From: a virus
Taxonomy: Duplodnaviria > Heunggongvirae > Uroviricota > Caudoviricetes
IMG/VR virus record: IMGVR_UViG_3300042154_004306
DNA: 64,000 nt
Strand: one strand, 5' to 3'
Positions 49,562 to 58,273 of this stretch are shown in pieces. Positions within the stretch are counted from its first letter, which is position 1. The number at the start of each line of letters is the position of its first letter. A program made the translations under genes and the position numbers. Under the pieces are notes generated by a model that was given only the letters and a program-made list of their open reading frames with translations, did not search any database and was not told where the DNA came from.

Positions 49562-50026
49562 ATGCTTAATCACACCACATTTCCAACCGCTCTCCTTGCC
49601 GGTAACTCCCGACTAACGATCACCAACCCCGTAACTGGCCAATGGATCAAGGTCAAGATGAAACGGCGCAAGGACCGCGAAACCGGCAAGCCCGGTAATT
49701 GTTACTTCCTCCAGCTTGCGCTCTTGCAGGACGGCGACCTCGGCTACAGCTACGTCGGAGCCTACTTCGCGGATTCCGGCAGATTCAAGCCCGGTCGCGA
49801 CGCCTCGACCAGAGAAGTTCAGATCGCCGAATTCCTGATCCGCGCGATCAAGGCTCCGCAACTGTTGCAGGCTGCAGAGATCGAGCACTGCGGTAAATGC
49901 GTCGCCTGCGGTCGGACCCTAACTGTACCGGAAAGTATTCGTTCCGGCTGGGGACCAGAATGTTTTACCCGCCAGTTCGGAGACCCAAGTCTAAGACCGC
50001 TCGCCAGATTGGGATTATTTGATTAA
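49562..50026 (+). CDS. DUF6011-like Zn-finger protein
   Basis: C..CGR.LT.PESI..G.GPEC. Confidence 0.8.
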   Translation: MLNHTTFPTALLAGNSRLTITNPVTGQWIKVKMKRRKDRETGKPGNCYFLQLALLQDGDLGYSYVGAYFADSGRFKPGRDASTREVQIAEFLIRAIKAPQLLQAAEIEHCGKCVACGRTLTVPESIRSGWGPECFTRQFGDPSLRPLARLGLFD

Positions 50027-50034
50027 GTAATCCT

Positions 50035-50125
50035 GCCCGGCCGGGCGGAGGAGCCACTCCCTAGTACAGGTGGCCGGCTTCTCTGGCCGGCCGGAGCGGA
50101 CCTGGGACCGGACTCCCTAGTAAAA
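50035..50125 (+). repeat. GC-rich element with paired ACTCCCTAGTA (copy 1)
   Basis: Motif at 50056 and 50112; homologous to 52269..52360. Confidence 0.75.
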
Positions 50126-50181
50126 GGGTATATTTGTAATAAGTATGTATTAGTTTTGTTTTACAATTAAAAAAATGAACT

Positions 50182-50376
50182 ATGTTTGAATGTAAAAAAT
50201 GTAAAAGTACTAATGTAGTATGTAATTTAATAGAAACTAATATAGAAAGTGGTAATGACTTCTATAAAGATAAAGAATTTGGAAAGGTTAATGTTACTAT
50301 TCAAGTTTGTTGGTGTTCTGATTGTGGTGGAACACCAATTTCATCAATACTAAACATATCTAAAAATAAATCATAA
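50182..50376 (+). CDS. small Zn-ribbon protein
   Basis: CKKC...CSDC; AT-rich. Confidence 0.55.
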   Translation: MFECKKCKSTNVVCNLIETNIESGNDFYKDKEFGKVNVTIQVCWCSDCGGTPISSILNISKNKS

Positions 50377-50443
50377 AAGATTTTCAGGTCTCAACTGTTT
50401 GGCTTATATTTGCCTTATCTTAAACAATTAAAACTCAAAAGAC

Positions 50444-50635
50444 ATGAAGAAGTTAATTCACAGAATCTTATTCGGAAAACCCGGTATCGGCGAGAGCTAC
50501 AGCATTACGGTCGGCCAGCCCAGAGTAATGAGCACATACAAACCTGCGGAGAAAGCGGGCTTCAATGAGGTATTCCAAAACGTGCACCGCGAGCTAAAGC
50601 GAGCGGAGGCAATCCGCCTTGGAATAACCGAGTAA
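50444..50635 (+). CDS. hypothetical early protein
   Basis: ORF after promoter. Confidence 0.55.
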   Translation: MKKLIHRILFGKPGIGESYSITVGQPRVMSTYKPAEKAGFNEVFQNVHRELKRAEAIRLGITE

Positions 50636-50669
50636 TCCAGGCTCTTCGAGGATTGGGTATAATAAACTT

Positions 50670-50927
50670 ATGAATGCAACTGCTAACCAAGAAAGAGACA
50701 AGATACTTAGAGACCTAACCGGCCTAGCCGCCAGCCTGGTCAGCGGAGGAATCTCTAGAAATCAGCCCGATATCCTGTTACTTGGCAAGGTCTTGACCGT
50801 CAGTATCGGAGCCCTGGATTCCGAAGCCGGTAAAGAAGAATTAGAAGACCTACTAAACAGGATTCACAGTGCGAGAGAGGGAGAAGCAGAAGTGAAGAAG
50901 ATGTTAAAAGACCTTGGTATTGGGTAA
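50670..50927 (+). CDS. hypothetical protein
   Basis: ORF after GGTATAAT. Confidence 0.55.
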   Translation: MNATANQERDKILRDLTGLAASLVSGGISRNQPDILLLGKVLTVSIGALDSEAGKEELEDLLNRIHSAREGEAEVKKMLKDLGIG

Positions 50928-50951
50928 TAACAATGATAAAAGATTACAACT

Positions 50952-51057
50952 GGTGGAGGAAGTAACAAGAGTTACCAACTGACTAGAGTAAAGGATTCTA
51001 CGGGTAAAAGGTCAGAACCCGCTTGAGAGAATCGTCGGAGCAACACCGAACTCCACC
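50952..51057 (+). ncRNA. candidate structured ncRNA (multi-branch, possible pseudoknot)
   Basis: Helices GGTGGAG/CTCCACC, GTAAC/GTTAC, GATTCT/AGAATC, CGGGT/ACCCG, TCGG/CCGA; followed by terminator-like hairpin GGAGAC-TCGCAAG-GTCTCC. Confidence 0.55.
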
Positions 51058-51228
51058 GCAAAATGATAAATTGGTTTGGTTGATTGATTCAGCAATGGGA
51101 GACTCGCAAGGTCTCCTTTGTTGGTTTATTAGGTATAGTATTTAATATTATTAAAGTTACTGCAATAGTATTCATAATGTTCATTACAGTAGTATTCTGG
51201 TCAAGAAAAAGAAATCAATAGATATACC

Positions 51229-51474
51229 ATGGAAAAAATAAGTTGGGACCCAGTACAGGACAGACATTGCCACGGCCATTGCGAGCTTGGAGATCTATGG
51301 ATTCGCTTGGACCGTGCGGGTAGGGTAAGCGGAATATACACTCTGTTCGGCGAGACGGAGAAATGGGTACCCGAATCCGAGGAAGAAGAAACTCTTTCCG
51401 GAGCAAAGGTAATCTGCGAATTACTCTTAGCGGGCGAGACCGCAGCCAGACAGATTGGAAAAATAATTCAATAA
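51229..51474 (+). CDS. hypothetical protein
   Basis: 81-aa ORF. Confidence 0.5.
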   Translation: MEKISWDPVQDRHCHGHCELGDLWIRLDRAGRVSGIYTLFGETEKWVPESEEEETLSGAKVICELLLAGETAARQIGKIIQ

Positions 51475-51530
51475 AATTTTTTTTACTGTCAAGAATTATT
51501 GTTATATTTGCTTACTAAACTAATATAGAC

Positions 51531-51770
51531 ATGGAAATATCAAATTTATCAGAAATCAAAAGCCTTGAAATTAAGAGCTTAATAATCAACAGGACCGGAA
51601 GCGAGCAACCCAATCCACAAGGTCTTTGTTGCCCGTATTGCGAGGCAAGAGAGGTCTATGCGGACCCACAGGAACCTAGAAATTCTGACCGCTGGTCATG
51701 GATAATCAGAGCATTTAAAATAGACGATTACTCAGAATGCCGCAACTGTGGACAATGGTTCAGATGTTAA
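51531..51770 (+). CDS. Zn-ribbon protein
   Basis: CPYC...CRNC. Confidence 0.6.
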   Translation: MEISNLSEIKSLEIKSLIINRTGSEQPNPQGLCCPYCEAREVYADPQEPRNSDRWSWIIRAFKIDDYSECRNCGQWFRC

Positions 51771-51873
51771 TAACACGGTTAATAACTTTTTTAAAAAAAG
51801 TGAAAATAAATTTTTTAGTGTCAAGTATCTGTTTTATGTTTGCTCTATCAATTAACACTTAAAACCCAATTTT

Positions 51874-52266
51874 ATGCAGATTAAATTAGAAAATCACGAA
51901 TCAGAACAGATGTTCCACAGTGCTCTTTGCAACGGCTTAGGCTACATGGGCGGCTATGGCCTAGAGGTCGAGTTTAAAAAAGAAGATTACGATTCAGCGG
52001 GTCGTAACCTACGCGACGCGGCAACGGCGGCGGTTTGTTACGAAGACGTCTTGATGCAGATTCTTCGAGAAGGCGGAGAGCTTACGATGGTAGACGTTGA
52101 ATGCGACGGCGAATACACTCGCTCAATCTCGTTAGCTGATGTCCACGACCGGGTTCAACAGGCTCCAGTTCGCTTTCTAATGGACATGATAAAAGAGCAA
52201 GACGATGCCGAGACGGCAGACGTTATCTTACAGACCGTGTTCTTCGAAGAAATAGTCTTCGGCTAA
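51874..52266 (+). CDS. hypothetical early protein
   Basis: DDAETADVILQ..FF.EIVFG phage family ending. Confidence 0.65.
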   Translation: MQIKLENHESEQMFHSALCNGLGYMGGYGLEVEFKKEDYDSAGRNLRDAATAAVCYEDVLMQILREGGELTMVDVECDGEYTRSISLADVHDRVQQAPVRFLMDMIKEQDDAETADVILQTVFFEEIVFG

Positions 52267-52268
52267 TC

Positions 52269-52360
52269 GGCCCGGCCGCGCCAGCTGACCACTCCCTAGT
52301 ACGGGTGGTCCGCCGGTCCGGACAGTCTGCGCCCAACCGGGACCGGACTCCCTAGTAAAA
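52269..52360 (+). repeat. GC-rich element with paired ACTCCCTAGTA (copy 2)
   Basis: Motif at 52291 and 52347. Confidence 0.75.
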
Positions 52361-52443
52361 ATTTAAAAAAAGTTTAAAAAAAGTTTTTTACTGTCAAAAA
52401 TTTGTTTTATATTTACAATCTAAATAATTAATCAATAAAAAAT

Positions 52444-52827
52444 ATGAACCGCGAATTTATCCCATACGAACAAGCATTAGCTTTAAAGGAATTAGGATTT
52501 GATGAACCTTGTTTTGGTTATTACAATGTCAGCAACCAAGAACTAATAGAAGACTTATCAAATAATAGAACAGGAAATGATGATTCAAGATGGGCATCAG
52601 CACCACTATACTCACAAGCATTTAGATGGTTTAGAGAGAAGTATAATTTAAATGTATTCATACAAAATGGTACATCTTCTTGGATGGCTTTTATTGGAAA
52701 TACCCCAAGTTATATTCCTTTTGTTGATGAAGTTGAAGGTAGTAATGAGTTTAAAGGTCATAACACATACGAAGAAGCAGAACAAGCTTGTTTAGATAGA
52801 CTAATAAAAATAGTTAAAAACAAATAA
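52444..52827 (+). CDS. hypothetical phage protein
   Basis: EFIPYEQALALKELGFDEPC...AFRWFREKY...TYEEAE. Confidence 0.7.
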   Translation: MNREFIPYEQALALKELGFDEPCFGYYNVSNQELIEDLSNNRTGNDDSRWASAPLYSQAFRWFREKYNLNVFIQNGTSSWMAFIGNTPSYIPFVDEVEGSNEFKGHNTYEEAEQACLDRLIKIVKNK

Positions 52828-52828
52828 T

Positions 52829-53200
52829 ATGAAAACAATGACAATTGATGGAGTAGAGTACAGCTTAACTCCTATTGAAAAACAATCTAAGCCAATAATC
52901 TTAGAACAACATCTAAAGTTTGAAGTGTATCCTAAAGACTTAGGTAAGCACAATTGGGAAGATGCGAAAAAAATATGTGAAGATTTGGGAGATGGTTGGA
53001 GACTTCCTACAAAGGAAGAGTTGAATCTAATGTGGTTAAATATAAAAAGTGTTGGCAATTTTGCCGTTGGCTCCTATTGGAGTTCTAGTGAGGGCAGTAG
53101 CTACTTCGCCTGGGCTCAAGACTTCTACAATGGCAATCAGTACTTCAACGACAAGTACTCCACTTACTATGTGCGTGCAGTTAGAGATGTAACAATTTAA
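52829..53200 (+). CDS. DUF1566/Lcl (CLec-fold) protein
   Basis: W..A...C...GWRLPT.EEL, YWSSSE, AW..F..G, YVRAVR. Confidence 0.85.
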   Translation: MKTMTIDGVEYSLTPIEKQSKPIILEQHLKFEVYPKDLGKHNWEDAKKICEDLGDGWRLPTKEELNLMWLNIKSVGNFAVGSYWSSSEGSSYFAWAQDFYNGNQYFNDKYSTYYVRAVRDVTI

Positions 53201-53220
53201 CAATTTAAAACATAATAATT

Positions 53221-53940
53221 ATGTCAAAAAGATTTGAAACAACGGATGGCCTACCGCAATACTTCAAGAGTATTGAATCAGTTGCCAAACCGCTAAGCAA
53301 AGCAGAGGAGCTTGCACTAGCGGACAGAATCCAGGCAGGAGACAAGCGCGCTCTCAACTCTCTAGTAACGGCTAACCTTAAGTTCGTCGTAACCCTTGCG
53401 AATAAGTTTATTGGTATGGGATTATCCATCGATGACTTGATTCAAGAAGGAAATGCTGGTCTAATTGAAGCCGCTCAAAAATTTACGTCAGCCAAGGACG
53501 TTAAGTTTATTACTTACGCCCAGTTCTGGATTCGCAAGCGCCTAAATCTTGCTCTTTGCGATCATGGCAGAATCGTTAGACTTCCGGTAAATCAAGAGTA
53601 CGATATTTACAAGCGTAAAATGAAGGGAGAAGAAATCAATCTCTCAAACGTACAGATCGATAAACCCGTTGGCGAGGATGGAGACAATACAATCGGCGAT
53701 ATAATGCTTCGTACCGATTTTGCTGATCCATTCGAGATGGAAGAAACTAATCGAGTCTTGACCAGATTACTTTCAAAGTTAAGGCCAACCGAATTAGAGA
53801 TTGTTCAACTATTCTATGGTCTCGTGGGAGATGGACTTTCTACAAAAGAAATTGCAGAACAAGTTGGAAAGACCCCAGCTGAAGTTAACCGCGCGTTGAA
53901 GGTCGCACGTGCACAAATGAGAAAGGAGATAAGCAAATGA
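53221..53940 (+). CDS. sigma-70 family (RpoD/RpoS-like) phage sigma factor
   Basis: ANLKFVV..A, DLIQEGNAGL..AA.KF, KF.TYA.FWIR, RIVRLP, region 4 HTH. Confidence 0.92.
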   Translation: MSKRFETTDGLPQYFKSIESVAKPLSKAEELALADRIQAGDKRALNSLVTANLKFVVTLANKFIGMGLSIDDLIQEGNAGLIEAAQKFTSAKDVKFITYAQFWIRKRLNLALCDHGRIVRLPVNQEYDIYKRKMKGEEINLSNVQIDKPVGEDGDNTIGDIMLRTDFADPFEMEETNRVLTRLLSKLRPTELEIVQLFYGLVGDGLSTKEIAEQVGKTPAEVNRALKVARAQMRKEISK

Positions 53941-54152
53941 ATACGCTAGAACACGCAAACACGATGGCCCAAATGGCAGTCGATATCCTCTACTCTGAGG
54001 GTAGCCCATTCATGGAGCCAATAGATAAATCAAGACTCCAGTGGGAGATTCGCCAGGCCACCCTAAAGAAACTGGTGACTGAAGATTCAGACGTATTGGA
54101 CGAAGAAGAATTCAGAGCCTGCGTCGATAACTCTAAAATTCAAACGTCATGA
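53937..54152 (+). CDS. hypothetical protein
   Basis: ATGA-coupled. Confidence 0.55.
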   Translation: MNTLEHANTMAQMAVDILYSEGSPFMEPIDKSRLQWEIRQATLKKLVTEDSDVLDEEEFRACVDNSKIQTS

Positions 54153-54445
54153 GTATTGTAAGAGTAATAGACAACACGGTCAATCTATTCGAGAATACCG
54201 GAAACCTAATCAGAACAATTACTGGCCGAGCGGTCTCAGCCCAGCTCTCTCCAGACGAGAGCCGTATTGTGCTGGTGACGGAATCAGGAACCGCCCAGCT
54301 TTGGGATGTAAGAGGTAATTACCTACAAGATATTACCGGCGGAGCAGCTGATGCCAGATTCTCAGGAGACCAGATTATCGTTATCAAAGAGTACGGACCA
54401 GACGAGGTTAGGGACGCTCGAGGAAACTTTCTCCGAAACATTTAA
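54149..54445 (+). CDS. WD40-like beta-repeat protein
   Basis: SPD..RIV...GTAQLWDVRGN repeats. Confidence 0.6.
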   Translation: MSIVRVIDNTVNLFENTGNLIRTITGRAVSAQLSPDESRIVLVTESGTAQLWDVRGNYLQDITGGAADARFSGDQIIVIKEYGPDEVRDARGNFLRNI

Positions 54446-54532
54446 CTAAATCTAAAAATACTTTTTCCCGTTTAAGAAAAAAGTGTTATATTTACAACAT
54501 CAATTATTAATCAACCCTTAAAAATTAAAATC

Positions 54533-54790
54533 ATGAGCTACAAATTAGGAAACAAATGGTCAGACAATTTTGATTACGATGGAATGCTCGAGACCGGAGC
54601 ACAGGTTACGGAAGAAACCCCATTGTCAGACTTGCAAAGGTTATTCAATTCTTTTGAAGATGTCAATTACCACACGGAATCCGAGCCGCTATGGGAAGCC
54701 ATACAGGGCAAGAAGGCCGGGCAAGAAGAATACTTCAAGAAGAATCTAATTGAATTCAAGGCTCGCTGTTCAGCTTGCATAGCGGATTAA
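54533..54790 (+). CDS. hypothetical early protein
   Basis: ORF after promoter. Confidence 0.55.
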   Translation: MSYKLGNKWSDNFDYDGMLETGAQVTEETPLSDLQRLFNSFEDVNYHTESEPLWEAIQGKKAGQEEYFKKNLIEFKARCSACIAD

Positions 54791-54893
54791 TAGAATCTAT
54801 CAAGAAAAAACAAAAGGGACCGAGGGTTAATCCTTCGGTCCCATTTTAGTATAATATAATAGAGCCCAATTGGGTCAAAATAAATAATCAAAC

Positions 54894-55157
54894 ATGTCAG
54901 ATCTAAACCGATACTCTAAAATCCTGCTAGACCTTGTCTATCTTAGACAGACCGACTACTCTGCTTTCATGGATCGCTTATACGAAGCCTTGACCGGCGA
55001 GTTCAAGGATGTAATCAATGATTCAACCCCAGTCGAGGAGAAGTCTCAAGCAATATGGACCATGATCAAGCATTTCGAACAGAACGAAGAATTCGAGAAG
55101 TGCGCTGACCTGAAGAAGTTAGCGGATCAATTACCTAAATCCAAAGACCACGCGTAA
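54894..55157 (+). CDS. UVR-motif protein
   Basis: FEQNEEFEKCADLKK. Confidence 0.6.
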   Translation: MSDLNRYSKILLDLVYLRQTDYSAFMDRLYEALTGEFKDVINDSTPVEEKSQAIWTMIKHFEQNEEFEKCADLKKLADQLPKSKDHA

Positions 55158-55248
55158 GGTCCTCCTAAAATTTTTTTGAAAAAAGTTTAAAATAAATTTT
55201 TTACTGTCAAGTTTTTGTGTTATATTTGCTCTATCAAATTAAATACAC

Positions 55249-55689
55249 ATGACACAGCAAATCATTAATTTAGAAAGAATCAATCAGGTTGATTTTATCA
55301 ATGGCCAAGCCGGCGAATACCGCGCGATAGTTAAAGTCCAAGCCGGGTTCTTAACCGTCGTTGAAGACCTTGGAATCCGAGCAAATTGGGGCCGCAAGCA
55401 ATGGAACTCTGCGATCGACGTATTCAGAGGTTTCAAGAAGGGAGCTTTACAGACCATCGAGTTTAAAGCAGAAGGTAGCAACACATGGTTAGCAGTATTC
55501 GCTCGAGCAGGTAATAAGATTAAACTAATGGACGAACGCCTTTTCATGGACATGGAAGTCGGAGATATCAACCAGAACTGGAGTAACACCAATCTTTATA
55601 GCCAAACTCAGTACACTGCAGTCGGCGCTAGAACTTGGGCGGACAAAGCCTTCGTAAAAATCTTAACCGATTTAGAAAATAATTCATAA
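55249..55689 (+). CDS. hypothetical early protein
   Basis: ORF after promoter. Confidence 0.6.
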   Translation: MTQQIINLERINQVDFINGQAGEYRAIVKVQAGFLTVVEDLGIRANWGRKQWNSAIDVFRGFKKGALQTIEFKAEGSNTWLAVFARAGNKIKLMDERLFMDMEVGDINQNWSNTNLYSQTQYTAVGARTWADKAFVKILTDLENNS

Positions 55690-55756
55690 ACTATTTTTTA
55701 GTGTCAAGTTTTTGTTGTATATTTGCTTTATCTATTAACACCTAAATTTTTAAATC

Positions 55757-56143
55757 ATGCAGAAATTAATCTTAGTCCGCTTCGGCAATCAACCGAGCCC
55801 AGCCGTTTCAACCGCTTTAAAACCACACATCGTCGGTGGCGCGTTCGCCTGTCCAATTCCCGGTGCAATCATGTCAGTCTTTAACACCGAGTCCACGAAA
55901 GAAGAGGTCGCGGCGGATGTCAAGGAAACCGGCGTCTACTTCATACTGATGCGAGCTGATGAGGCCGATGTCAATCTTCCTGAAGAGTTAATGGTGGTAA
56001 TTGCACAAATCGTCGGTGAGGAACCTGAAATCTCGACAGACCACCGTGAATTGACAATTGATGATATATTAGACCTCATCAACGAGAACGGAATTGAGTC
56101 CCTAACCCCTAACCAAAGACGTATCCTAGATAACCGCCAATAG
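55757..56143 (+). CDS. protein with DUF6576-like C-terminus
   Basis: IDDILDLINENGIESLT..QRRIL. Confidence 0.55.
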   Translation: MQKLILVRFGNQPSPAVSTALKPHIVGGAFACPIPGAIMSVFNTESTKEEVAADVKETGVYFILMRADEADVNLPEELMVVIAQIVGEEPEISTDHRELTIDDILDLINENGIESLTPNQRRILDNRQ

Positions 56144-56186
56144 GCGGTTATTTCTGGTGTTAAATATAATCTAAACATCTGTATAT

Positions 56187-56402
56187 ATGAATGAAATTGT
56201 AAGACTATACTTCTACACAGACGGCAAGGAAACCTGTGTCAAGGACCCGCACGAAATGGTAAGACTACTTTCAGATCCACAAGAAGAAATAGATCTGGAT
56301 TATCACGATGCGAGAGGTCATGCAAAGGCAGCAACCAGCAAGGATCTAATCGGACAGACCGTCAAGATCGGAGAAGAAGAGGTTCAGATACCTGAACATT
56401 AA
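56187..56402 (+). CDS. hypothetical protein
   Basis: 71-aa ORF. Confidence 0.5.
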   Translation: MNEIVRLYFYTDGKETCVKDPHEMVRLLSDPQEEIDLDYHDARGHAKAATSKDLIGQTVKIGEEEVQIPEH

Positions 56403-56539
56403 GATATTTCGAGAAATCGAGATTGGCGACAGGCGACAGCTGCTCAGAAATGGGCAGCTTTTTTTTTGAAAAAAGTTTAAAATAAATTTTTTACTGTCAA
56501 AACTATTTTGTATATTTGCCTTGTCAAACAGATACAGAC

Positions 56540-57734
56540 GGGACGGTCCAAACCAGGAGCGGGAGGTAGACTCCGACCTGCACCAGACCTAGGCAGTTGT
56601 TAACAACCGAATGTTAATAACTTCTTCTAAAAAAAGTCTAAAAAGATTTTTTGGTCTCAAAGGTTTGGCTTATATTTGCTCTATCTTAAACACTTAAAAA
56701 GAAAATTATGATTGCTATCGGATTTGCCACTCAATTTTATACTCTTTGGGATTACTCAAAAGAAGAACAATATTTTACCGATTGTAACGGAAAACACCAT
56801 TTCGGTGGATACAAGCATAGATACGTTTACCTAAAGAACATAAGCAAGGATCTAGATAAAGTGAATGCCTTGTATCCTAACTTGGAGCCAAACCTTGAAT
56901 TGTATGGTCGTAATTCTTCGTGGGAGAGAGCCGATGAGATTAAATTCTCTAAAACTCAATTCAGCTATGGACGTTATAAAGGAACTGAAATATTAGAGTG
57001 TAATGATGTATGGCAATTGGCTCGATGTTACAATGACCAATTCGCAGGTGCAAGAAGAGCATTCGCAAGACGCCGCTTAATTGAATTAGGGGAACTTGTT
57101 AGATATGATTGGTTAGAAACAGTTGATTCAAACATCAGTCGTTCAGTAAACCCTATTTATTGTGTAGCTGCTAGAAAGTACGCAACTTGTGCAGAGGTTA
57201 AATTGCTTGAAGCTAAAAAAGCGGAGGAGCTAAGAAAATCTCAGACAACGTTCCTACATCAGAATGGCGATAAGGTTGAATTAGAATTGACTCAAATAGA
57301 CCAGTTTTCATTTGAAACCCAATTTGGATATTGTTCAATTGTTACATATCAAAATAGGGAAGGGCAGGTTTACAAATACAAAGGTGGAACTCCGCCAAAC
57401 CTAAATGATTCAGAATACCTAAAAGTAAAGTGCACAATCAAGCATGCTGAATACAATGGAGAAAAACAAACGCTAATACAAAGAGTAAAGTTATTAACAA
57501 CCTAATGTTAATAACTTCTTCGAAAAAAAGTGATAATAAATTTTTCGGTCTCAAAGGTTTGGCTTATATTTGCTCTATCAATAAAAGATAATGGGACGGT
57601 TCGGAACAGGGAAGCGGGAGGTATACTCCGACCTGCACCAGACCTAGGCAGTTGTTAACAATGGATTGTTAATAACTTCTTCTAAAAAAAGTCTAAAAAG
57701 ATTTTTTGGTCTCAAAGGTTTGGCTTATATTTGC
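56540..57734 (+). repeat. about 140-bp direct repeat (56540-56679; 57593-57734)
   Basis: GGGACGGT...GCGGGAGGTA(G/T)ACTCCGACCTGCACCAGACCTAGGCAGTTGTTAACAA...GGTCTCAAAGGTTTGGCTTATATTTGC in both copies. Confidence 0.9.
56708..57505 (+). CDS. hypothetical protein with OB-fold-like C-terminus
   Basis: ETQFG...K.TIKH.EYNGEKQT.I.RVK. Confidence 0.6.
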   Translation: MIAIGFATQFYTLWDYSKEEQYFTDCNGKHHFGGYKHRYVYLKNISKDLDKVNALYPNLEPNLELYGRNSSWERADEIKFSKTQFSYGRYKGTEILECNDVWQLARCYNDQFAGARRAFARRRLIELGELVRYDWLETVDSNISRSVNPIYCVAARKYATCAEVKLLEAKKAEELRKSQTTFLHQNGDKVELELTQIDQFSFETQFGYCSIVTYQNREGQVYKYKGGTPPNLNDSEYLKVKCTIKHAEYNGEKQTLIQRVKLLTT

Positions 57735-57765
57735 ATATCAATTAATTACTAAACTATAATAGATT

Positions 57766-58023
57766 ATGCAGACATCGTTCCAACCAATCGAGGCCCAAAA
57801 CTTAAGGGCGCAACTACAGACAGGAATTGTAAAATTCTTTTTTATCAAAAAGGACGGCTCGCTTCGCGAGGTCCAAGGTACAACCAACTTACGCCATGTC
57901 CCAGCGGACAAACATCCACAAGGTGTACGTCAAACCCCACCTAGCGTTATCACCTTCTGGGATCTCCTAGCGGGCGATTGGCGCAGTGCGAAAGTAGAAA
58001 CACAATTCTTTGTTAACCCTTAA
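57766..58023 (+). CDS. WYL_2/SH3-like beta-barrel protein
   Basis: V.F.F.KKDGSLR...GT...FWD....WRS. Confidence 0.75.
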   Translation: MQTSFQPIEAQNLRAQLQTGIVKFFFIKKDGSLREVQGTTNLRHVPADKHPQGVRQTPPSVITFWDLLAGDWRSAKVETQFFVNP

Positions 58024-58035
58024 ACCCCACTCATC

Positions 58036-58221
58036 ATGGTAACTCAAGAAGCAATAGATGAAGCAATCAAAATATACGGCGAGGATGCCGTTTACCAAGC
58101 AATGGAGGTCGTGGCGATGTCAGACCCCGATGGTGCCTATACCATGTTTGAAGACACCGGCATGTTCGAAATGGCTGAAGCTGTAGAGTTTCTTTATTTC
58201 GACGGCTCGGCTGACGACTAA
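58036..58221 (+). CDS. small acidic protein
   Basis: 61-aa ORF. Confidence 0.5.
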   Translation: MVTQEAIDEAIKIYGEDAVYQAMEVVAMSDPDGAYTMFEDTGMFEMAEAVEFLYFDGSADD

Positions 58222-58273
58222 AATAGATAGAACTGTAGTACATTAGTCTTAACAATCAAAACCAAAAAGTAAT

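Larger units (their letters stand above)
49250..57733 (+). promoter_or_regulatory. 14 Bacteroidota primary-sigma-type early promoters (TAnnTTTG)
   Basis: TATATTTG/TATGTTTG/TATATTTA at 49250, 49532, 50129, 50405, 51503, 51835, 52408, 54487, 55221, 55718, 56511, 56671, 57565, 57726, mostly preceded by an A-tract/T-tract and (A/G)(C/G)TGTCAA or GGTCTCAA. Confidence 0.8.
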
